Below the pieces are notes generated by a model, which worked only from the letters and a program-made list of their open reading frames with translations, ran no database searches and was not told the DNA's origin. A stretch of 64,000 bases of DNA from Isurus oxyrinchus (Eukaryota): contig JANJGN010000031.1 in assembly GCA_026770705.1 (NCBI GenBank), positions 806,001-870,000 on the forward strand, read 5' to 3'. The translations under genes were made by a program, and so were the position numbers. Below are positions 50,084-60,704 of the stretch, in pieces. Positions within the stretch are counted from its first letter, which is position 1; the number at the start of each line of letters is the position of its first letter.

Positions 50084-50960
50084 TGTGATGAAAGTGTTAT
50101 AATTTTCATAATATTTTTTGAAGCAGGTTTATGGGGGTAAGTACAATTGAGCATCCGGGAGATTTAATTATATTTGGGGTTAAGTAGACTGCACGTTTGA
50201 AATCATCAAAAGAAGCTAGGTGCTTGACATGCTAATGAGTAAACATGGATGTAAGGTGTGAAGGGAATTTGCATTTTTAGTTAAATGAAGAGATATGGAT
50301 TTCAAAGGGAGCTTACTCTATTTACATCTAGCCAGATAAGCAAAGCTAAGGAGTATGTTTATTTTTCCCAAGGATTACTGAAAATGTATTGACAAAATGA
50401 TGGTTTTATATTATGAGTAAAATGCAGTTTCGAAGGCATATGGAGCAATGTAATTTACAAATTAAAAAGAGAGGAACAGATATAAAGGAGAATAAAAGGT
50501 TAAGTGTCAGAAGGCCATTTAAGACCTAACAGGAGTGTGTGAAACAACTTTTGTACATAGGTCTGAGAGATAACGAAATTCAAGTTGGGGAAAAGCCATT
50601 TGGAACTCCACTGTCAAGTGGGGCATTGTGTTAACTTGATGATTCTGTTTTAAATCTAAAATCTATCTTGGAATGTTGCCTTAAAAGGAGTGTAACTGGG
50701 GGTCAGGGTGATTAGGAATTTTAGGATTTATTATAGAAGTCAGTAACTGTAGTCTTATGCATGTGCTTGTAATCTTTTATATTTTGTTAATAAATATTTT
50801 AGTTTTTTTTATCTCTAAGGGCCTTGGTGGTCTCATTACTTCTGAATTCAGTGCACACATCTCGTAATAAATATGAATCACAAAACTGTTGTGATAGTGT
50901 GACGAAGTTTCCCTTGTGGATTTGGTCCACCTGGCACACGTCTTTTGCTACATCATAACA
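50084..50960 (+). mobile_element. Solo LTR (~877 bp)
   Basis: Inverted termini TGTGATGA...TCATAACA, 4-bp TSD CACC/GACC (one mismatch), AATAAA at ~50789 and ~50865. Confidence 0.7.
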
Positions 50961-51624
50961 GACCATGGGATGAGGTGGACAGCAGGAGTTGTTTCTGCCC
51001 ATGTAGCTGAGTGTGACCCATGTTCAAAGAACTATTCATTCACCAGGTACCAGGGAAGTACAGTGCTTCCATCAATCCAACCACAAGTTAGCTCCTTGAT
51101 TGATTATCGATAACAGGTTAAACAGGTACTGATTTTTCACCACATGGTGTCACAGTTGGTTCAGTCAGTGGCTCTCTTACATCCGAGTCAGAAAGTTTAA
51201 GTCTCAGGCCCCCACTCTAGAGAGTTCACCAATCTAGGCTGGCACTTCAGTGTGAATAGTGAGGGAGTGCTGCAAGTTTATTATCTGTCCTCATAGGTGG
51301 ACATAAGGAAGAGACACTTGTATTTAATTACCACCTCAAAGACCCTCAGAACTTCCCAAAACATTTTACAACAACTGAATATTTTGAATTGTAGTCACTG
51401 GTCTAATGTAACGAAGTAGATAGCCTATTTAGGTATAAAACCTCCAAAAACACAACTTACAAACTGACAGGTGTCCTGTATCAGTGATATTGGTAGAAGA
51501 ACAAATATTTGCCCATGACACCGCCTAACCACCCTCTTTTCGCCTTGTGGCAGCATGAGTGGAAATTATTTCATCGACAGTGAGTGCAGTTGTGAATCGG
51601 TTTAATACATTATTCAAAAGCCAG

Positions 51625-51952
51625 CACCTCCGACATTGTAGCTGTTCCTTAGTACAAACCCTCCCACAGTGCAGGATCCTCTCAGCACTGACTCTCTGAC
51701 AGTGCAGCACTCCCTCAACACTGGTCCTCCGACAGTGTGGCACTCCCTCAGTACTGATCCCTAATAGTTCAACAGCCCCTCAGCACTGACCCCATCACTG
51801 TGTGGTACTCCCTCAGTACTGACCCTCCGACAGCGCTGTAATCCCTCAGCACCACTCCCTGACTGCGACTCGCCCTCACTACTGACCCTCGGACAGTGCA
51901 GCACTCTTTCACTACTGACACCCCAACATGGCGGCTGTCCCTCACTACTGAC
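51625..51952. repeat. ~33-nt minisatellite (CCTCCGACAGTGCAGCACTCCCTCAGTACTGAC-like, ~10 copies) grown from a Deu-SINE core; adjoining SINE pieces at 51148-51620
   Basis: Repeat units visible. Their reverse complement (gtgagggagtgctgca) occurs in the SINE head at 51258-51274. Confidence 0.85.
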
Positions 51953-52530
51953 AGTTAAAGTCTAAAGTCCGCCTAACTCTGTTTCAACTTTCATCCCTGC
52001 AGCGCATTCCATGACCACAGGGCGCCCAAAAAATGCTTCACAACTTTTGAAATATTACAATGTATTTAAGGGCGACAATCATCTTCTGCACAGCAAGATC
52101 ACAGAAAGAGCAACACGGTGACAAACAGGTGATTTCGACATTTTTCTTAATGTTGGTTGTGGTGCAGATCGCGACCCAGGACATTAGATTTTGCAGTCTC
52201 CCCGAGTGTGAATGTGTCGCTGCCACATGCATTTGCCCAACTAGCGGACGTCCTGCCAATTTTCCGACGCTCTGACCATAGACTTTTGCAGCACTGAAGG
52301 AAGCCATTCGGCCCGTCGTGCGCGTGCCGGCCCTCTGCGGAAGTTAGCCCCACTTCTCCGCCTTTACCCCGTAGCCCTGCAATCCCTTTCTCTCCAGGTC
52401 TTATCCAATTCCCTTTGGAAAGACACTATCGAATGCCCCTCCATCACGCTGTCCGGCAGCGTATTCCAGATCGCAACTGTCCTCAACAACTCACTACCAT
52501 TTAACAAATCCTCACAATTCTCTCCGTCAG

Positions 52531-52916
52531 CCGCATTCAGATGTCCTATGGTGCGCCAGCGGCGAAGGTGGTTGTTCCAAAGGGTTAAGCGGCGGCAAGG
52601 CAATGTTTCCAAACATGTAGCAGTAATGATTATATGTAGCAGTAATACATGTAGCAGTAATGAATACATGTAGCAGTAATACATGTAGCAGTAATGATTA
52701 CATGTAGCAGTAATACATGTAGCAGTAATGAATACATGTATTGTTACGAGCAGCTGAGAGACCCGGCCTGAAAGTCACAGTGACCTCCGTGTTCTTTATC
52801 GCGCTAATGCACGAGGAAGATTTCAAGAAAAGGCTTGAAGTCAGGAGGCCTATCTGAAGTCCTGCGGCCTGCAAACACTGAGCGTGGAGCAGACTGACAC
52901 GGTGACCTATTATTGT
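52531..52916 (+). pseudogene. TCR beta V pseudogene V-e (V-f family), no leader found, minisatellite inside CDR1
   Basis: Acceptor tctccgtcAG 52529-30. Pieces read KVVVPKG*AAARQCFQTCSSNDY / YMYCYEQ / GLKVTVTSVF..HEEDFKKRLEVRRP / LKSCGLQTLSVEQTDTVTYYC, aligning to V-f LNKGEPAELNCYQ..MLWYRQ..YEENFKNAVEIVR..KTCTLKIFKVKTADSAVYYC. Not in the ORF track. Confidence 0.85.
52613..52740. repeat. Higher-order minisatellite: alternating 19-nt ACATGTAGCAGTAATGA(T/A)T and 15-nt ACATGTAGCAGTAAT units
   Basis: Units 19,15,19,15,19,15,19 plus a final ACATGTA, read directly. Confidence 0.95.
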
Positions 52917-53139
52917 TGAACAGCAAATGCAGACCCAGTCCAAAAACTCACTGGGTCACCAAACGGAAAAATTCCAGGGACTCCCAGACCTAGCGTCGCA
53001 TAGCAACACGTACGAAATTCCTCCATCTGCTTTGTGTTGCCTCTGTTAATTTCCTCTCGAAAACAGACAGAAGCATATCGGGCTAGACGAGTTCGCCCAT
53101 ACCTGCGCTGTTTTCATTCAATGCATCAATAGAAGTTAA

Positions 53140-56100
53140 AAATAAAATGAAATTGCAGGTTCTTTATCTGAAAGCACGAAGCAGCTGAAATTAGATGGAT
53201 GAATTAGTGGCACAAATATAAGCACACGATTTATATGTAATCAGCATGTCAAAAACATGGTGATCAAGGGAATTACGTATTAGCGGGTACACAATATGTC
53301 GGAAAGTAAACATAATGTCAAAGGGGGTGTGTAGCCCTGACAGTAAAGGGAGACATAAAGACATTAATGAGAAAGGATCTGGAGCCTGAAGGTCATGAAG
53401 TAGAATCCGTGTGGGTGGAAATAGCAAAAGTCAGAAAATACTGGTGGGACCAGTTTCCCGGCCCCCCTCACAGTAATGATACCATTGGGTACAACATTTA
53501 ACAGGAAATTATTGGAGTTTGTTACGAAATCAATGTAATAATTGTTGGGGACTTTAACATTCGTAAAGACTGAGGCAATCAAATTGGTAAGAATGGCTCA
53601 GATGTGTTTGGAGAATGTTTCCGTGACAGGCTCTTGGATCAGTACGTACTGGATCCGACCAAGGATAAAGCTAACTGAGGTCAAGTTTTTTGTCATTCTT
53701 TCATGGGATATGGGTGGCGCTGACATGGCCAGCAATTGATCATTTGTGTAATAGAGCAGGGTTAACTCACAATGTCATAGCAAAAGATCCAATGGGAAAG
53801 AGCCATACAGTTATAATAATAATAGTAATAATGCCGTACAGTTTCATGTTAAGTTTGAAAGTGACATATTCCAATCGCAAACAAGAACCTTAACCTTAAA
53901 CAAAGCCAATCACACAGATATGAGGTGACAACTGGCTAAGGGTAGTTGGGTAAATAGACTAAATGTTGAGTCTGTAAACGAACAGAAACAATTCAACATG
54001 TTCAACCAAAATGCATTCCACTGAAGAGCAAAAACTCAGCGAGGAAGGCCCACCCGTGGCATACTCAAAAGTTAAGATGGCATTAGATTAAAAGCAGAGG
54101 CTTATAATGTTTCAACAAAAAAAAAACTATAGCAAACTATAGATTTAAGGCGAGAGGAGAAAACTTTAGAGGAGATGTGCCGGGCAATTTTTTTACGCAG
54201 AGGATTGTGAGTGTCTGTAGTTCGCTGCCAAAAGAGGTGGTGGAAGCAGGTATGATAGTGGTGTTTAAGAGGCAGCTTGACAAATACATGAATAGAATGG
54301 GAATAGAAGGATACGGACCCTGGAAGTGCAAAATGTTTTAGTCTGACAGGCAATATGATCGGCTCAGGCTTGGAGGGCCGAAGGGTCTGCTCCTGTGCTG
54401 TACTTTTCTTTGTTGTTCTTTGAGGATTGGGAGTGTTTCAGGAACCAGAAAAGGGCTACCAAAAAGTTGATAAAAAGGAGGAAGAACAAAATATGAGAAT
54501 AAACTATCCAGAAATATAAAAACAAATTGCAAGAGCTTTTATAAGTGTATGAAAAGGAAGGAGGTAGCTAAAGTAAACGTTGGCCCCTTGGGGAAATTAT
54601 CATTGGGAACGAGCAAGTGGCAAATATATTCCGTCTGTCTTCAGAGTAGAATGCATAACTCCCATGTAAGAAATGGAAGGTGACCTGGGTCTAAAAGGGT
54701 GAGGAAATTAAGGAAATTAATATCAGCAGAGGAAAAGTATTGCAGAAAGATAAGGGACTAAAATGCAGCAAAGCCCTAACGTCAGATGGCTACATCCTGG
54801 GCTTATAAGAGAATTAGTTGCAGCGATAGTGGATGTGCTGGCTATGATCTTCCAAAATTCCTTATCTTCAGAAATGCTCCCACTAGATTGGAAGTTGGCA
54901 AAAGTTGCATCACTTTTCAAGAAAGGAGGAAGAGTGATAACAATGAACTAACCAATGCTGGTTAGACTAAAATTAATTGCTGGCAAAATGCTGTAATCTA
55001 TTACTGAGGAAGTCTTAATGCACTTACAGAAGTAATTAGAACCAGTCAGCATGGTTTTATTGAAGAGGAATCAGTAATTTATTGAAGCTTTTTGAGGATA
55101 GAGTTAATAGGGCTGATAAAAGGGAACCAGTAGATGTAGTATATCTGGATTTCCAAAACAGGTTCTGTAAGGTGTCACAAAAAATTTTAATAGGCAAAAT
55201 AAGGGCTCATAGTTTTGAGAGAATTAAATTAGAATAGTTGGAAGATTGGTTAATAGATTTAGCAAACATAGATTGGGCATAACGGAGGCTTCTTCAAGTT
55301 GGCAAGCAATAAATAGTGGAGTGTGCTAGGATCAGTGCTGGGGCCTTAGCTATTTGCAATCTGTATTAATGACTTAGATGAAGGTAGAGAGTAATATATT
55401 TAAGTTTGCTGATGTTACAAAGCTAGGTGGGAAGGTAAGCTGTGGGGAGGACACAGAGAGGCTGCAAAGAAATACAGACAGGTTATGTGAGTGGGCAACA
55501 AGATGGCAGATGGAATATAAAACAGGGAAATGTGAATTATTCATTTTGGCGAGAGGAATAAAATACCAGATTACATTTTGAAAGGTGAAAAAATTGAAAG
55601 TGTTGATGTTCAAAGAGATTTGGTTGTGTTGGTGCAAGGGAAAGTTAACATGCAGGTTCAACAAGCAATCGGGGAGGCAAGTGGCATGCTGGCCTTTATT
55701 GCAAGGGGATTGGAGAACAAGAATAAAGAAGTCTTCCTGCAGTTGTATAGGATTTTGATCTGGAGTACTGTGTCTCGATCTCCTCATAACAAGGATTCAC
55801 TAAATTAGTCTCTGGGATCAGGTGACTGTCTTATGAGAAGAGGCTGAGCAAATTGGGTTTATATCCTCAGGAGTTTAGAAGAATGAAAGGCGATCTCATT
55901 GAAACCTATAACATTCTGTTGGGGCTTGATAGGGCGGGCCATGAGAGATTGCTTTTATTGGCTGGGGAATCTAAGATACGGTGGCACAGCTTCAGGATAA
56001 GGATCCGGTCCTTTAGGACTGAGGTGAATAGAAATTTCTTTATTCAAAGGGCTGTGGATCTTTGGGACCCTCTATCCCAGGTTATCGTGCTTGCCCCATT

Positions 56101-56290
56101 GTTGATTACAAGTTAGCTGGGATTGACTGATTTTTGGTCTCTCAGGGAATTAAGTGATACAGGGAGCTGGTGGAGAAATGGAATTAAAGCCCAAGGTGAA
56201 TAATTATGGAATTGAATGACGGAGCAGGTTCGATTGGCATGTGGTTTTACTCCTGCTACTACTTTTTATGTTGTTATGTTCCTATGTCTA
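53140..56290 (+). mobile_element. Degenerate CR1 ORF2 (endonuclease to 3' UTR) with a nested CR1 3' fragment (~54125-54420)
   Basis: PLDWKLAKVASLFKKG, YLDFQ, KFADVTK and RNFFIQRAVDLW motifs. Confidence 0.85.
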
Positions 56291-57689
56291 CCACCCCTAG
56301 GAGGAGCTCTCTGAGCAGGACTGTGAATTTTGCAGATTCAATGAAGCTGGAGTGGACCATTAAGTCCCCCGAGTCTGTTACATCGGAATGAAAAAAGAAG
56401 CATTCAGCGACTGGAAACAGTTTCCCCAAACCGTTAGGTCATGACCGATCTGTACCATAACTGATCCTGTCTCTTTTGTTTTTGCGCTGCTTAATACCAT
56501 TTCCTGCCAATGAAAAATCTACTCATCGCAGGGGGCATCGATTTAAAGTAATTGGTGGAAGGATCAGAGGGTAGTTGGATAGGATTTGTTTTATCCAGCT
56601 GGTGGTGGCGGTCTAGATTGCACTGGGTGAGAGGGTGGTAGAGGCAAAAACATACACTTGGATATACACTCGAGCCTTTATGACCTTCTGGGTGGCAGGA
56701 CAAGGACTGAAAGGTGGAATGAGACAGGAGAGCTTTTCTTCTACTGAAACGAATGCGATGGGTTGAATGGCCTCCTTCGGTGTCCTAAACCTTCTCATGA
56801 AATGTTGATTTTTTTTTTCAATTTACACCCCCCGCAGGCTCAAACACTTTTTAGGGAAGGGAGTGGCAGATTTTCACTATAGTTTGTGAGAAGATGTGCT
56901 TCCTGACATCGCCCCTAAACAGCCTCGTACCAATTTTAAGATTATGCACCCCTAGTTCAGGACGCCATACCAGAACAGATCATTTTTCGCCATCAACCCT
57001 ATGGGATCCATTCATTAAGCCCGTGTATTATTAAAATATAATAATTATTAAAATATTAAAAATCTCAATTTTATCTGGGGAAAAGTTAGGTAACGATCAA
57101 CGGCTATAATGGGGATCGACGCAATTATCAATTAAGCTGAAATAAATTGTTGAATCATCTTTCTTTTTATTCATTCTTGGGAATGTGAACGTCGATGAAG
57201 AGAGTGGGCATTTGCTGACAATGCATAGCTGCCCCTTGAAATTGTTCTGGCTATCCATTTTCTTGAACACCTACAGGCTTCCTATGGTGAAGGTGGGGTT
57301 ACAGTGCTCATAGGGCGCGAGTTCTAAGATTTTGACACAATGTTCATGAAGGACCGATCAAATCGGGATGGGAACGGGATTCTTGGATTCTCATTGAACT
57401 TGATGTTCTGTTGGCTTAACGACGTTTATGTTGGTTAATCTTATGTTGAGTTCTTAAGGTAGGACAAACTCACTCTAAGATACTTACTAGGCCAAGCCAT
57501 TTCTAATCAGAGAGCTAGCAGGAAAACATACATTTTTAACAAATTAGTCCATTTGCTTGGCCCTCCGCGTAAAAACAAATAATCCCAACTCGCCCTGTAC
57601 CGTGATAATTCAATCTCGCAACCTCCTCAATGTGTACAAGATGGAAGGGCCCCTCGAGTTATAAGCAGCTCCCGGAACGCGAACTTAAT

Positions 57690-57860
57690 AATAACCGGGG
57701 GCGGGGGGAGGGCAGGCAACCGAACCAGTCAGACATCTGGGCCCATCCACCGCCAATCAGACACCGACAATGAGGCCCGGATACAGGTGAGAAACTATTT
57801 AATTATCGCACTGTATTCTGCCCGAGTGTCTGAACAGGACCTCATAGAGGAAGTGAAGAG
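57690..57860 (+). promoter_or_regulatory. V-f promoter: GC box (~57697), CCAATCAG (57753), Ets GAGGAAGTG (57847)
   Basis: Motifs 70-230 nt upstream of the leader ATG. Confidence 0.5.
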
Positions 57861-57925
57861 CAGGGCCCCTCCCGAAGTCACGTTGAAATTTCTCCATTCA
57901 CAGATTCAGGCCCCAAGCCTGTAGC

Positions 57926-57971
57926 ATGCACTTACCGTGTCTCGCCATTATCCTCTGCCCTCTGTTTCCAA
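57926..57971 (+). CDS. TCR beta V segment V-f, leader exon
   Basis: MHLPCLAIILCPLFP(S), phase-1 GTAAGT donor at 57972. Confidence 0.9.
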
Positions 57972-58346
57972 GTAAGTATTCTAGATTTATGACAATACTG
58001 GCGCTAACATTACGTCGACGTTGTCATTAACTAATAACCTTTATCGAACTAGATTTGGAAGATAAGCGTCATTTTTGAATGACTACTTAATCTGTGTAGA
58101 ACAGGATAATTGATCGAAAGTTTTTGGTGAATAATTTTAGCTCATAATTTTCTTTTAAATAAATAACCAATACACGGATTATCTTAACTTTATTAATGCT
58201 TATCGAACAGATTTTCCCGAATTACTGGCCATTTTTCTACATGATGTCACTTTCTATCTATCTAATGCATAAATATCCATCTATTTTGTATGTATTTTAT
58301 CTCTCTCTACCTATGTATCAGTTTGTCTATCCATCTTTTATTTAGC

Positions 58347-58347
58347 G

Positions 58348-58386
<39 letters not shown>
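58347..58386. repeat. (TCTA)n microsatellite in the V-f leader intron
   Basis: About 9-10 perfect TCTA units within a longer degenerate tract. Confidence 0.95.
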
Positions 58387-58543
58387 CATTCATCCTTCCA
58401 ATCATCCATTTTCCCTTTATCTGTTCATGATCTATCTATAATGTCTATCTACTATCTATTAATGTATCTGTCCATCTAGTTAAAATAGTCAACATGGTTG
58501 AATGATGCGCTGAATTTTGTAAATATTCTCCTTATTTCTCCAG

Positions 58544-58845
58544 GTAAAACGCTGGCAGAGATTATTTACCAATGGCCAAGTGGGTTGACGTTGAACAAAG
58601 GCGAGCCAGCGGAATTGAACTGCTACCAGAATGACACCAGCAAGAACGTTATGCTGTGGTACCGGCAGTACGCCGGGCAGGGTCCCAGCCTAATCGGTTA
58701 CTCTCGCACTGGAATTGCATCCACTTACGAAGAAAACTTTAAGAACGCGGTCGAGATTGTAAGGGCGGGGGACAAAACATGCACCTTGAAGATCTTCAAG
58801 GTTAAGACGGCAGACTCGGCGGTCTATTACTGTGCCAGCAGTGAG
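58544..58845 (+). CDS. TCR beta V segment V-f, V exon (apparently functional)
   Basis: tttctccAG acceptor. SKTLAEIIYQWP..ELNCYQNDTSKNVMLWYRQYAGQG..TLKIFKVKTADSAVYYCASSE; CASS is the TRBV signature. Confidence 0.95.
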
Positions 58846-58884
58846 CACACCGATGATAACTGCGCTGGTACCAGCACAAAAACC
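58846..58884 (+). other. 23-RSS of V-f: CACACCG - 23 nt - ACAAAAACC
   Basis: Spacer 58853-58875 = 23 nt, consensus nonamer. Confidence 0.93.
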
Positions 58885-60704
58885 AACAGGATGAACACCA
58901 GAACTGACTGCAAGGTACAAGCCTTGAAAACAACTCATGTCTTCCCGCTTCACGGGCCGCTTTTAACAGGTTGAGTGACACCATCAGTCAGGTGTGAATG
59001 ACAGGGAATATTAGAAGGTTCTAGGAAATGAGGGAGAGAGATAGAGAAGGGGGAAAAGAGATGCCCCGGATTCTCATGTTCATTGTCTTCGTTATTTTCA
59101 TGTATATGTTAACATTCAACTCCAGACATTGTTCTGGACTTCATCAATTAAATAGAATATTTAGTGATTTAAATAATGAAATATTTAAACCTCACCGCGG
59201 TAAAGTGTTGAAGAGGCAAACAATGATTCAACATACGATTTTCGAAGCTTTAATTTATTCATTCTGGACAATAAGTATCAAATATATTATCTTAGCCTTT
59301 TGAAAATTCGCATTCAGATTCCGTTTTGTAGACCTCGCGATTCTATATCACAGTCGCATTGTCCCGGGTTCTTGAGTGAAATTAGAATTTTTATTTCCAT
59401 GGATAATTCAGCACTTCTCCAACATCAATCGTCGCAAAATCTATATAATGTCCCTAAATGATTTCAGCCCAGTTCCTGTGTTCAGGGCGTTCCTGGAGCA
59501 ATGAGGTTCAAAAAATGGCGCGGCGCTACTGAGCGAGGAGGCACCGACTGACCTGCCACCAGAACAGAAAACTTGCCAATAACATGTTGTGATACGGTCG
59601 GGCCGCCGAAGAGGCGCCGCCTTAACCCGTTCGAAACATTTCAGGAGGCGAAGCTCCGTATTTTGAGGGTTTTGAGAACGGGTTTTGTATAACTAAACTA
59701 TTGGGACGGAAGAAGGTCCATCCTGACAATGAAGAGAGATTAGCCTACCTTCATCGCCACTTATTTTTGAGAAGCTCAGCGGGTGGTGATGGAGAAGCGG
59801 CAATGTCACTGGACTGGTAATCTCGAGAGCCAGCTAATGCTCTGGGGACACCGGTTCAAATGCCCCTATCTGGGTACACTAATGCCCGTTTGGGGAAGGA
59901 AATCTGCCGTCCAGGTAATGGCCTGGCCACCAAGTGTCTCCAGACCTGCAGCAATGTGGCTGAAGCTTTGCTGCCCTCTGAAATGGCGCAGCAAGCTACT
60001 CAGTTGTATCAACATTCTGGAAGTAATAAAACTGGGCGGACCACCCGGCATCGACCTAAGCACCATAAATAGCAGCGGCAAATCCAGCTCTATCGACAGT
60101 GCAAAGTAGTTCCCACTAACATCTGAGGACTTGTGCCGAAAGCTACAATCTGACATAGACATACTCATGAATTATTGACTTCCTGTGTCCCAGATATTGT
60201 CATCATCACCTTTGGGTATGTCCTAACCCATTGGCAGGACATGACCACCAGAGGTTGGCACAAGCTCAGAGGGGGGGCGCCCATTTAAAACAGAGATGAG
60301 GAGGAATTTCTTCTCTCAGAGGGTAGTTAATCTGTGGAATTCTTTACCGCAGCGGGCTGTAGAGATTGGGCCGTTAAGTGTATTCAAGGCTGAGACAGAC
60401 AGATTTTTAATCAGTAAGGGAATCAGAGGTTGTGGGGAAAGGCAGGAAAGTGGATTTGAGGAATATCAGATCAACCATGATCTCATTGAATGGCGGAGCA
60501 GACTCGCAGGGCCGAATGACCCACTGCTGCTCCTGCTCCTCATAGTCTTGGTGGTGTGTGGAGTTGCCCTGGGTCTCCTCAACATTGACTCCTAACCTCA
60601 CGCAATCTCATGGAATCAGCTGAAATATGGGCAAGGGAACGTCCTGATCATTACCACCCATCGACTCCCATCCCTTTTCAGCTGATGCATCTTTTTCCGT
60701 GTGG

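Noticed and set aside
51625-52740. CRISPR-like arrays
   Set aside because: Head-to-tail tandem repeats without unique spacers, in a vertebrate context with no cas genes.
52776-52782. Perfect heptamer CACAGTG inside V-e (and other isolated heptamers) as D/J-segment RSSs
   Set aside because: No nonamer at 12 or 23 nt, and no FGxG J motif or paired D RSSs found in the window.
38453-58884. IgH, IgNAR or NAR-TCR V identity
   Set aside because: CASS/CxWS ends, WYRQ, no octamer promoter and no closely linked D-J-C cluster favour TCR beta. V-c and V-d are the least certain and need a phylogeny.
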